From NCBI RefSeq assembly GCF_001194135.2, contig NC_068992.1:32468703-32507044 (forward strand): a DNA stretch of 38,342 nucleotides, given 5' to 3'. Positions 24,379 through 34,850 of this stretch are shown here, one piece after another. Source of the DNA: Octopus bimaculoides. Taxonomy: Eukaryota. Each line of letters starts with the position of its first letter. The first letter of the stretch is position 1. Both the position numbers and the translations under genes were made by a program. The notes beneath the pieces were generated by a model. It made no database searches and was not told where the DNA came from. It saw nothing but the letters and a program-made list of their open reading frames with translations.

Positions 24379-25410
24379 CGTACTGATTATTTAATATCTT
24401 TTAACTAAACACTTTCAAACTTCCGATACTGGTAGAATATGTCACATAGAACAGGATTTATTTTTAACGTTTTTGACAAATTTTGTATTTTAGAAGTTAT
24501 TTCGTCAGAAGTTACTGAGTGACATGGACAAATTCCTGTTTAATAGGTGCCAGTACACGAAACTTTGAGTTTTTTACTTACTCTCTAACATCTGACGATG
24601 ATATATATACATATTATATATAAGTGTAAAAAAAAATCTCACCACGCAATCAAACCAATTAAAGACCCTCTCCCTAGTCCCTCGACACGCTAATTCTAGC
24701 AGCCAAAGTATTCCCCTAACTAAATCACACGCCCATTGTATGTAATGCCCTAGATTATCCCTAAAGAGACGGTTTGCTGAAGGCTGGGATGTCATTGATG
24801 ATCAGGGTTTATTTGAGGCTAAATAACAACATTGAGGTTAATTTCTATATTGACACATGCACGACATTCACTAAGAGGAGAAATTGAATTTTGCGTGGAA
24901 TTAAGTACCCTAACCTCCTAATATGCTGCAAATCCCTTATTTTGGTTCGGACAAAAATGAGATGGGGGTTCCCCGCAATCCAGGAATCATTGGATTTTAT
25001 TTTTTGTTGAATGAATTCCTGTGACAACCTAATATTGCAAAACTAGGTTACTTAAAATGAGCCTGGTAACTGATGGTTTTGGGGTCTTGTTTTGATGAGC
25101 CATGGTGCAACCAACAACATGGTAAACATCCTTGCCATTAATTTAGTGTGGATGGTTAATATCAAATAATTTAATCACAACATATATTTAAATTAAACAC
25201 GGAAAATATTGAAATATTATCATCACTTACATTAAAACACTGAAATATTCTTTCATTATTTTATAAGGTAAAATCTTAAATTATTAATTGACACATTATT
25301 AATTATCTTCTAACAGCAATGCCTGAAAACATCATGGATTACATGGGAAAATGCAAGCATGAAAAGTGATATTTTTAAGATTATAAACCTGGAAAAGAAC
25401 AGGACAAATG

Positions 25411-25480
25411 TAGGACAAGCTATTACTTGAAAAGTATAGGACAAGCTATTACTGGAAAAGTATTGGACAAGCAATTACTT
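25411..25480. repeat. 26-bp tandem repeat, ~2.7 copies
   Basis: TAGGACAAGCTATTACTTGAAAAGTA units start at 25411, 25437 and 25463. Confidence 0.93.
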
Positions 25481-26343
25481 CTAGTAAAGTAAAGAATAAG
25501 AAACTTTTTACTTAAAATATAGCAGCTAAAATTAAAATTTGAATATTAAAATTCATTTTATCATATTTTACAAATAACACTATACATATTTCAGTATAAT
25601 TTGGCTAATTTACTACCTTAAATACAAAACAGTAACAAATTAGACAAACTTACAAATTGGCTGAACAGTTTTGCACAATTAATTTAAAAGATGAGAATTG
25701 TAAAGAGTGATAAATTAGAAGAACTGGCATTCTTTGCTGCAATATTTTAAGTAAAATGTTCCTTATCCTTTACTTTACTAGAAATAATGGTCTGTCCTAT
25801 ACTTTTACAAGCGTAATAAATTGTCCTGTACTTGTTCAGGTTTATAATCTTAAGAATATGACTTTTCATGCTCGCATTTTTTCCAGATATAATAGAGATA
25901 TCATGGAGAGGTCAAACGTTAACGTTTCAGTAAGGTGGGGGTGGAGGGCTAATCTAGATAAAGGCACATAGTACAATAGCTTAGACCAGATATTTGAAAT
26001 TTTAGTTTCAAGCGTAATAGCAATTAAATGATAGGAGACAATGGATTAAGAATTCAAGATTAAAACTTAAAATCTACAAACTAAAACCTAAAACCCCCAA
26101 AAACTAAAAATTACTGAATTACCTAGTTTCTAAGATATTTATGTTGATAGAGAGGTAGTGGAAAAGAAAAAGAAAAGAAAAAAGCGTACATACACAAACA
26201 TACGTCTATACATATACATACACACATATATATGCACACACATATATTTGCGCAAATATATACTCATATATTAGCGTACATATAAAGCGCACACACATAC
26301 ATACGTACATGCACACACACACACATCACATGCTTATATACAT

Positions 26344-26785
26344 TGTAACGACCGGGGTTGGATGTGTTATGCTTCTTGATTTTGTTTGCATGTTGCATGT
26401 ATCTATGGAAGATATGAATGATGCGATGTTGAAAAAAGCTTCGTGTTGTTTATCTAGAAATTGCAGTGAATTATGTATTAATATTTAGAGGGATTCTTTT
26501 AGGCATAGTCCACAAGTGGATCGCTGGCCTCGGTATGGAAACTCCGAATCTATTATAGCCCAGGATATCTTATGTGATATCTTTCTATTCATAAGATGGT
26601 GTATGTGGTTGGCTAGGGAGATAGACTTGCAATGCTCTTCATACTAAAATAACTTTATATGTGGAGAATATCGTTGTTTAAAATTAATAGTAGAACCGAT
26701 GTATTTTTTTAATTATGTAATGTGTTGTGGACCGTGCATTTATATAAACCTTGTAAATTGGGCTTGAAACGGGCATTCGGTCACA
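26344..26785. mobile_element. Possible solo LTR or LTR remnant
   Basis: Begins TGTAACGACCG and ends CGGTCACA (TG..CA with a short imperfect inverted repeat). A TATA-like TTTATATAAA lies near 26740. No target-site duplication found. Confidence 0.3.
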
Positions 26786-26894
26786 AATCGGTAGTTGCAG
26801 TTATCTGTCCTATGTAGATTATTGGTGGAAAGTCAAGAAGCAGTACTATTTATGGAGCAATTAATATTAAGGGTGTCAGTATGAGATTGGCTCG

Positions 26895-26942
26895 TATTAT
26901 TATTATTATCATCATCATCATCATGATCATCATCATCATTAC

Positions 26943-26979
<37 letters not shown>

Positions 26980-27181
26980 GAGTGAGAGAGCAGTTCATGC
27001 CATCAAAGTGACACTGGAGTAAAATATCTGATAAGGGTACACCAGGCACATGCATCACAACCATATGTGATCGACATGGTGATCTCATATTAAGATAAAC
27101 AGCGCATGACCTCGCAGGTGGGGCCCAGTTAGAATTTTCTTCAGGTCAAGAAGCCCATCCCGCTCAAAAGATCCCTGAATA
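26895..27181 (-). mobile_element. 3' end of a retroposon (LINE 3' UTR or SINE) with long (AAT)/(GAT)n tail
   Basis: An (ATT)/(ATC) tract at 26895-26979 abuts non-simple sequence TGAGTGAGAGAGCAGTTCATGCCATCAAAGTGACACTGG.., recalled as a common octopus repeat. Confidence 0.6.
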
Positions 27182-27289
27182 CGGGGTGGGGTGAGATACC
27201 CCACTACTAGACAAATTAACCCTTCCTCTATTGATAGACAAACTAAAACCGCCTCTAGAAACTTAGAAGAATCCCGGGTGAGATACTCT

Positions 27290-27640
27290 CACCCGCCCTA
27301 CACTCACACGTATAACGCTCGATCAAAACTCAAACTGACAAACTACAATGTATCCTCAACTCTACTCTTAGAAATACTACAGATTATACTTCCCCTACAG
27401 TGCCTCACAAAAGTGGGGATACATCGATTCTGTTGTTTACAAGCCATTCGCTTTAAACGTTAAGGGCTTAGCCAAAACATTTTTTTTTTCAAATAGTAGA
27501 CTCTAACTTGCCTCGTCACCATAAATTCCATTCAATCTTCAATAGAGCTATCCTAAAATTATCCTATTCCTCTCCGCCGAATATAGAATCTAGTGTTACT
27601 TCTAATAAACGTAAACTTAATTCCTACTACCTAAATATAT
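27290..27640 (+). mobile_element. Penelope-like element relic (RT thumb and linker)
   Basis: SHPP, PYSASQKWGY, PFALNVKGLAKTFF, QIVDSNLPRHHKFHSIFNRAILKLSYSSPPNIESSVTSNKRKL match the PLE consensus ([33 protein letters not shown].KIL). Frameshifted. Confidence 0.8.
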
Positions 27641-27910
27641 ATAATAATAACACAGATTTAAGCCACGAAAACACTCATACTGACATTGATGGCATACAAC
27701 ACACCCGCAACCCTAGCACTGCAACTAGAATTAACCAAGATACAAATATCCGCGTTCCCTATGAAGGTCGAAGTGTAGCTGAGGTGAATGTTTGATATTA
27801 ATAGATCCACTGATACTAATGTTAATAATTCTAATACGACCAATACCACCAATACCATATTACTCCTCGTAATGTGATCATTACTACTACTACTATAGTA
27901 GATTATTACA

Positions 27911-28008
27911 TCTGACCTCTATTACAAAAACACGGGCACACACCAATATTTAGACTTTAGATCTTGCCATCTTTCCCATACAAAATATGAACATACGCTT
28001 TAATCTTG
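27911..28008 (+). mobile_element. Separate short PLE RT fragment
   Basis: SDLYYKNTGTHQYLDFRSCHLSHTK(fs)MNIRFNL matches the DLY.KPTDTHQYL.F.SCHP.H.K.NIPFNL motif. Confidence 0.75.
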
Positions 28009-28220
28009 AGAAGTACATGCAACAAATAGGGTCTGCAATAAGGGTGGAGCACTTGCAGAAAACAGCACTGCTTGGAACCGCTCGAATAATCCGGAAGGTG
28101 CTAAAAAATTAAGAGGTGTTACCTAAGTTCACTGGTAGTGAACAGCTGACACCGTACTACATCTCCAGCGTTAGAAGCTGTGCAAAGAGAATAACATAGT
28201 AATAATAATAATGATAACAA
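28002..28220 (+). mobile_element. 3' terminus of an R4/Dong-type (restriction-like endonuclease) LINE
   Basis: NLEKYMQQIGSAIRVEHLQKTALLGTARIIRKVLKN* (28002-28112) is the typical RLE-LINE C-terminus. A short 3' UTR and a (TAA)n tail at ~28190-28220 follow. Confidence 0.85.
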
Positions 28221-28749
28221 GATCGCTCCGGGCTGAATATCAACATGGACGTACACTAACACGCTCTCTCCACAAAACAAACTCAATCCAATAACATCGG
28301 TGTGATTGAAGGAAAACTTCGCAATACAACTGTAGGAAATTTCGGTTATAGCAGAACACAAAAACTATTGTTTCTTTCGTAAATGTGAGATGTCTCAATG
28401 CAACATATGCGAGAAGTCGAAACTTGCAGCAGGAAACCTGGAAAAACACAGTTTGCACAGTAAGTACATAATTTGAATAATTACCTACACATACAGCTGT
28501 CTACGCATCCATGTGCACATGTCAGTTTTTATAAGCAATATGAATATTGCCTACACGATACATACGTACACACATGGAAAATAAAAAAAAGAACATGTGT
28601 CACGAGCGACGCTGTACCAAACAAAAGCAAATGAACTTCCCACAAACGAATATAAAAAGTCACTAATTTTAACACATCACCAAAGATGTATGCCGGAAAC
28701 ATAGTTACGAAATAAAAATAGAGGTGATTTTTTCGATTTATCAGCCTAC

Positions 28750-29330
28750 GATATGATAAATATATCCATTTTTAGAACAAGGAAGCCGGTGTCAGGTCAA
28801 AAAGTCAACTTTGAACAAACAGACTCGTTTCCTATTGTCAATTCCTTAACGACAAGCCAAAGCTCATGCCGGATCGGGAATACAAGGAGCGGGTAACTCA
28901 GTGGGGAACCAGACTGGTATCGAAATGTCTGCTGCTGGAACGAACTCACTAAATACCGATCTACTACGTAACCAGATCCAGGAAAACCCTAACTGTAGAC
29001 ATTTAGGGGTGCCACCAAAAACATCGCCAAACGTAAAATGCATAACATGCACCAGAGAGGACTATAGTGATGTGTTGAAAGCTTTCTGTACAGCCCAACT
29101 AAATTCAGACAATAACCTTAGAGTACAACCTTACATTTCATGGAGAAACTAAGTAGGTAATGAAGTACGTGATATACAGACGCACATAAATTAAGTAATG
29201 TACGTAGATACATCATCAGTAACAAAAGCTTAACCGAAGCGGAAATTGGACAAATTAGAAGAGAAACATTTTATGGTAGACCAAATGAAAACAACAACAA
29301 TGGGATTTTCCAGCCAACACTAACAGAAAG
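28750..29330 (+). mobile_element. Decayed N-terminal region of an R4/Dong-type LINE ORF
   Basis: TREDYSDVLKAFCTAQLN..ISWRN and NVRRYIISNKSLTEAEIGQIRRE (frameshifted) resemble the WT.E.Y..V..AY..A..ANVRR.I..N..LT..E...I N-terminal domain of these LINEs. Confidence 0.6.
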
Positions 29331-29651
29331 ATGCAGGTTGGTAGGCTAGACATATATTCGTGTATGCATGTGCATACAAATACACGTGTATGTATGTGTG
29401 TCTGTGTGTGAAGGGGTATGTATGTGTATACATGTGTGTATGTGTGTGAACGAGTGTGCGCGTGTGTGTGTCAATGTGTTATTCGTGACTTGCTAAAGAA
29501 ACAGAAGTGTTAGTTTCTGAAAACGTAACCCTGAAGAAAACCGACTACAAAGGAAAAGACGCCAAAAATTAAAAAAAGCATACATACGCGCGCACACACA
29601 CACACCCAAACACGCACACACACACACAAATATGGAATAGTNNNNNNNNNN

Positions 29652-30275
29652 ATGCAGGCAGTCAATAGACAACTTTAATTTTCAAAATCTTTTATTTAAT
29701 ACACAAAGCGGACAATTGAAATGTAATCAATAGGTAGGACTAAATACTTAATTATTTAATTGATATTCCCTTTGCAGTCTTTATTTCAGAAATTCTTTTT
29801 GGCATTGAACTGATGAGCCTTGTGATTGTCTCTTGTGGAATGTTTGTCCACTTTTCACGCAACACTCGAAACAATTCATCTTTAGATTAGGTTTTTGTCG
29901 ACTTTGAACGGGGCTCGTTTTCAACAATTCTCTTCAAAGAGCGAAGGTTCCTTTCCTAGGGCCCAGGTCGGCCTGGTCGAGAATCTGCTGATTCTTTTCC
30001 ATGGCTTTTGAATTGTACTATAATTCTGTTAACAGTAGCAATTTTTCGTTGGCTAAGACCAGACTCAGATTGCCCAACAATACGACCGTTTTGAAAATCT
30101 GACAGTTATGCTCAATTTTTTATTCGTGGTATGGTTACTCTTCGCAAATGCTTACAATAATGGCACCTAGAATGAAAAAGAATAATTTCATTGTAAATTC
30201 TACACCGCATGAAACATATTAAGACTCTTAGATAAGAAATTTTGAAAACTAAAGGCGTCTATTTACTTCCTGCAT
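29652..30275 (-). mobile_element. Internally deleted Tc1-like transposon (624 bp) with both TIRs
   Basis: 32-bp TIRs at 29652-29683 and 30244-30275 match at 27/32. The N-terminal HTH ([26 protein letters not shown]) is joined directly to the C-terminus (SKDELFRVLREKWTNIPQETITRLISSMPKRI), with no DDE domain. Confidence 0.88.
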
Positions 30276-30520
30276 GTCTATATATATATATATAAGTAAG
30301 ATTCAGTTGAATTGTGTACTTGAATTGAGGCATCTCGTTAAGTGGGAATGATATATACACACAACAATATCAAGAAAATATAAAACTCGGTCCATAAGTA
30401 CCGGCCGAATGATATTCTTGCAGTGTTTGTAGACAATTACACTCAGTTAAGAATTACACTCAGTTAAGAATTCATCTTGCATGTAGGAAGAACATTAAAT
30501 AAATGTACAACTCGTATGGG

Positions 30521-31427
30521 NNNNNNNNNNNNNNNNNNNNNNNNNNNNNNNNNNNNNNNNNNNNNNNNNNNNNNNNNNNNNNNNNNNNNNNNNNNNNNNN
30601 NNNNNNNNNNNNNNNNNNNNNNNNNNNNNNNNNNNNNNNNNNNNNNNNNNNNNNNNNNNNNNNNNNNNNNNNNNNNNNNNNNNNNNNNNNNNNNNNNNNN
30701 NNNNNNNNNNNNNNNNNNNNNNNNNNNNNNNNNNNNNNNNNNNNNNNNNNNNNNNNNNNNNNNNNNNNNNNNNNNNNNNNNNNNNNNNNNNNNNNNNNNN
30801 NNNNNNNNNNNNNNNNNNNNNNNNNNNNNNNNNNNNNNNNNNNNNNNNNNNNNNNNNNNNNNNNNNNNNNNNNNNNNNNNNNNNNNNNNNNNNNNNNNNN
30901 NNNNNNNNNNNNNNNNNNNNNNNNNNNNNNNNNNNNNNNNNNNNNNNNNNNNNNNNNNNNNNNNNNNNNNNNNNNNNNNNNNNNNNNNNNNNNNNNNNNN
31001 NNNNNNNNNNNNNNNNNNNNNNNNNNNNNNNNNNNNNNNNNNNNNNNNNNNNNNNNNNNNNNNNNNNNNNNNNNNNNNNNNNNNNNNNNNNNNNNNNNNN
31101 NNNNNNNNNNNNNNNNNNNNNNNNNNNNNNNNNNNNNNNNNNNNNNNNNNNNNNNNNNNNNNNNNNNNNNNNNNNNNNNNNNNNNNNNNNNNNNNNNNNN
31201 NNNNNNNNNNNNNNNNNNNNNNNNNNNNNNNNNNNNNNNNNNNNNNNNNNNNNNNNNNNNNNNNNNNNNNNNNNNNNNNNNNNNNNNNNNNNNNNNNNNN
31301 NNNNNNNNNNNNNNNNNNNNNNNNNNNNNNNNNNNNNNNNNNNNNNNNNNNNNNNNNNNNNNNNNNNNNNNNNNNNNNNNNNNNNNNNNNNNNNNNNNNN
31401 NNNNNNNNNNNNNNNNNNNNNNNNNNT
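30521..31427. other. Assembly gap (907 N) directly abutting the ~355-bp repeat array
   Basis: N run. Confidence 1.
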
Positions 31428-31643
31428 TATTATTATTTCTATATCTCTCTAAAGGAGGCTGCGGTAGCAGTACTGGGTATCAATAGTTATCGCCAAGCTA
31501 GGGTCCAGAAAAATAGGACGAATGCTGCCGTTTTTTAGCTCCATCACGCCATCGCCTGTAGCTAGCCATGTGACAGACATACCTGTGTCCATTACAATGT
31601 TCGAACATGGGAGGCCATCAACTTCCCCATGCTGGTTCAAATA

Positions 31644-31686
31644 CCCACAAATTAGTTTCAGAGTGTTTGTCCCTTATCAATGCGGA
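31644..31686 (-). ncRNA. Type I hammerhead motif, U3-A8 core variant (diverged copy)
   Basis: TCCGCA-TTGATAA-GGGA CAAACA CTCT-GAA-ACTAAT-T-TGTGGG. Stem I is 6 bp with two G-U pairs; stems II and III are partly decayed. Confidence 0.6.
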
Positions 31687-32094
31687 GTACACGAACCCAG
31701 CAAGCGTAGCTGCTGACTGTCTGTTCGGAGGTTTATAAATAGTCAGTGGAACACTTCCACTGGTTTTCAAAAATAGAAATATTATTATTTCTAAATCTCT
31801 CTAAAGGAGACAACGACAGCAGTACTGGGGAACCTGATTACCTCCTCTGTTCGATCGTTATAAAGGACATATGTTTGTGGAGCCAATCAAGAGAAGCATT
31901 CATCCTATTTGTCTGGACTGCCTCGTTAGCTTGGCGATAACTATTAATGCTCACTACTGCTACAGTAGTCTTCTTTTGAGAGATTTAGAAATAATAATAT
32001 TTATAATTTTGAAAACCATTGGATGTGTTCCACGGACTATATATATAAGCCTTCGAGTAGACAGTCAACAGCGACGCCTGCTGGGTTCGGCTAT

Positions 32095-32137
32095 TCCACG
32101 TTGATAAGGAGCAAATACCCCGAAACTAGTCTGTGGA
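32095..32137 (+). ncRNA. Type I hammerhead motif, U3-A8 core variant
   Basis: TCCACG-TTGATAA-GGAG CAAATA CCCC-GAA-ACTAGT-C-TGTGGA. Stem I is 6 bp, stem II pairs 3 of 4, stem III is the palindrome ACTAGT, and the site is GUC. Confidence 0.75.
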
Positions 32138-32307
32138 TGTTTTAACCACTATGGGGAAGCTGATGACCTCACCTGTTCGAACGTTGTAATGGACACATGT
32201 TTATGTGTCACATAGCTAGCTGTAGGTGATGGCCTTTTGGAGCTAATCAACGGCAGCATTCCTCTTATTTTTCTGGACTGTAATGTTAGTTTGCCGATAA
32301 CTATCAA

Positions 32308-32332
32308 TATATATATATATGTATACACACAC

Positions 32333-32392
<60 letters not shown>
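32308..32392. repeat. (AT)n-(AC)n microsatellite
   Basis: Directly visible. Confidence 0.95.
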
Positions 32393-32393
<1 letters not shown>

Positions 32394-32904
32394 TTATATG
32401 TAGTAATACTTGTTGCCACTTCAGCATGGCCCTTCCGTAGGTTGCTACGATACTAAAATCTCTATTTACACTTCCACACACACAAACTGATGCACACGCA
32501 CACAATCATACACGTATATAAAATACTACACGTATTTGCAAACATTTCGTGATCGTTACTTTCAAATTATGGAAGTCGTTTCCCTTCATACGATTTACTT
32601 CAAAAACTGTCCAACCGTGAATCTACGTCATGGCTGTAGTTGTTCTGTATATTTTCCATTTCGTTGTGCTTATTTGTGTGTTGTATCTGTCTCATAATTG
32701 TCGACATTTTTTTTTTACATTCATAAATTTTGATAAATTTGCGTGCATCACAATATTTATGGGATTCTTTATTATCATTAGTGTGACATGAACAGTTATT
32801 TTGAGGTGTATTGCTCCCACAGTATAGACTGATGATACGTAAGCTTGATTTCATTTTTCCTTTTCAGGCATTTAGAATCATACATAATTTTTTTTATATC
32901 CCCC

Positions 32905-33480
32905 GCAGGTAGTGAAGCGTCAGAAGAAAGGTAATGAAAAGCCAGAAGAGAAAACCCGCAAGAACAGCCAGGCAGCTTATATGAGAGAATACAGAGCGCG
33001 ACTGAGTAATGACGGAGCAGCGCAGTGACGAGAACAGCAAGCACGAGTTAGTAGACTGCGATGCTCAGAGGAAAGCTAAGATAAATCTGAAAGAAGAAGG
33101 TGACATGAATACACTGATACAGAAGATTGAATAATGCTGCTCAAAGGAACAAAAGAGAAAATTAGAAGAGGTTAGGCAGAGATCTTTACGGGATTAGATG
33201 TAGAAGGAAATATTAGGAAGTCTAGAACAAATCATGGTTCGGCATACGACTATGTAACTGAGTAAGGCAGAAAGTGAAAGAATGCTAATAGAAATACGAC
33301 ATAGGGCAGTTCAAAGAAAAGTTAATGAAACTGACAAAGAAAAGGGAGAGATATTACATGATATAAGCCATGCAATTGAAACATTGTGCAAAAGATATTT
33401 AGAAGGAAGGATGAGAGAATACGCGTTGAAGAACGATTAGAGAAGGAAAGTAATGATAGAAACATAAGAAATCAGTGAAA
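32905..33480 (+). mobile_element. Possible decayed Helitron Rep/Hel N-terminal charged-repeat region
   Basis: Purine-rich. Translates to R/E/Q-rich segments (EEKTRKNSQAAYMREYRARLS..REQQARVSRLR) broken by stops, preceded by splice-like acceptors TTTTCAG and CCCCGCAG. Confidence 0.35.
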
Positions 33481-33919
33481 ACCAAAAAGCTATGAATGAA
33501 CCAGACATGATTATGTGATACAAATGAACAACATATCTTTCTATTAAGAGTAATGTAATCAAAGCTGTATATTATTGGGTAAAAGTAAGGTACCTGTTAT
33601 TTTTTCGCTTCTATTTACACACTAAAAAGAAAAAAGAAATACTCATTAGCATCATTCATAGTGTATATCTTTCAACAAAACCACCAAATTGAAAAAACAA
33701 ATATTAATAAATACGAGCCAAATTTTGCAATTATCAGAAAGTTTATTGAAACACCTGCTGTCAGATCTGACGGCAAGAAAACTTTAGAAAATGTGCATTT
33801 ATATAAAACTGTCTCTGTGTGAATATGTGCGTGTGTAACTGTGCATGTGTGCATTCGATATTAGCGATGAAAGAAGTATTTGCTCAGAACATCAGTTTGT
33901 ATATCACACTGCTAAGAGT

Positions 33920-34233
33920 GGAGGCACATGGCCTACTGGTTAGAGTAGCTGACTCTCGGTCAAGGGATCGTAGATTCGAATCGCAGACCGGGCGATGTGT
34001 GTGTTTATGAGCGAAACACCTAATGCTCCACACGGCTCCGGTAGAATGTAATGGCGAACTTCTTTCTGCTAACACTTTCGCCACAACTTTCTCTCATTCT
34101 TTCCTCGTGTATCTAGTAGCTCACCTTCGACTTACCGGCGTCCCGTTCAGGTGGGTAACCTATACGCCAATGAAACCGGGAAACGGGCCCTTATGAATCA
34201 GGCATGTCTCGGGAAGGAACTAGCAGCAACAAC
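33920..34233 (+). mobile_element. Full-length tRNA-derived SINE (different family)
   Basis: Head GGAGGCACATGGCCTACTGGTTAGAG (A box TGGCCTACTGG), B-box-like GATTCGAATCG at ~33974, a body, and an (AAC)-type tail. Confidence 0.88.
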
Positions 34234-34598
34234 TGCTGTAAGGAAACCTCATATAGAGATCGCTATTTTGAACTAATAATGATTCCGTAGCTGATCACGA
34301 CACATGTTGCCCTACTTCACATATATTTGTGACACCAATGATTTAATACAATATACTTCAACAAATAAGTAGGGAATTTTTTCTAAGCTTGCAAAAATCG
34401 CGGCATAAAACTACTCCACAACCACTGCTAAGTTATGTCTATCTTCTACTTAAAATTTTGTTCTGTTAGCAGTATATGTCTATACTAGATGCCTCCTCGG
34501 GACAAGTACCGCTGTAATACAGTTCTATATTTAAGAGATGAGGAATTATGTACATTATTTACAGTTGAGAGATATTTGTCTTCATCTTGTTTGTTGTT

Positions 34599-34646
34599 AA
34601 CATAACGTTTCGGCTGATATACTCTCCAGCCTTCATCAGGTGTCTT
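34599..34646 (-). ncRNA. Minimal type I hammerhead ribozyme motif
   Basis: AAGACAC-CTGATGA-A-GGCTG GAGAGTATAT CAGCC-GAA-ACGT-T-ATGTT. Stem II is a perfect 5 bp, stem III is the palindrome (A)ACGT(T), and the site is GUU. Stem I has an A-C mismatch next to the cleavage site. Confidence 0.75.
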
Positions 34647-34729
34647 GGGGAAATTTCGAACCTGGGTACATTTCAATGTTTCTCGCCTAGTGTTTTCCGT
34701 ACACCTAGGGCAGAGAAGCTCATTGTATA

Positions 34730-34776
<47 letters not shown>

Positions 34777-34778
<2 letters not shown>

Positions 34779-34850
34779 TCCACTGCCTGAAATCGAATTC
34801 GGAATCTCGGGGTTAGTAGCCAGCGCTCTTAACCGTTACGACATATGACC
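34777..34850 (-). pseudogene. tRNA-like sequence (SINE head or tRNA pseudogene)
   Basis: GGTCATATGTCGTAACGGTTAAGAGCGCTGGCTACTAACCCCGAGATTCCGAATTCGATTTCAGGCAGTGGACT is 74 nt with degenerate A and B boxes. The loop CT-ACT-AA gives an ACT anticodon, not normally used in eukaryotes, and the stems are imperfect. Confidence 0.65.

Larger units (their letters stand above)
31428..32307. repeat. Tandem and inverted array of a ~352-360-bp monomer carrying a hammerhead motif (retrozyme-like)
   Basis: TATTATTATTTCTA.ATCTCTCTAAAGGAG recurs at 31428 and 31780 (period 352). Orientation reverses from ~31826, where GATAACTA recurs at 31936 and 32296 (period 360). Opposite-strand units are ~80% identical by hand count. 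Confidence 0.92.

Noticed and set aside
24630-25030. Possible L1/Tx1 C-terminal coding relic on the minus strand
   Set aside because: Only vague resemblance and no diagnostic motif.
32155-32190. CTGATGA..GAACGTT inside the 355-bp monomer as a second hammerhead
   Set aside because: There is no stem II, it reads GAAC rather than GAAA, and other copies read TTGATGG or CTGATTA.
31428-32307. CRISPR-like array or LTR pair
   Set aside because: Eukaryotic context, no short repeat-spacer alternation, and no TG..CA ends or internal coding region.
34777-34850. Functional tRNA-Ser(ACT) gene
   Set aside because: Imperfect acceptor, anticodon and T stems, a degenerate B box and a non-standard anticodon; treated as repeat-derived.
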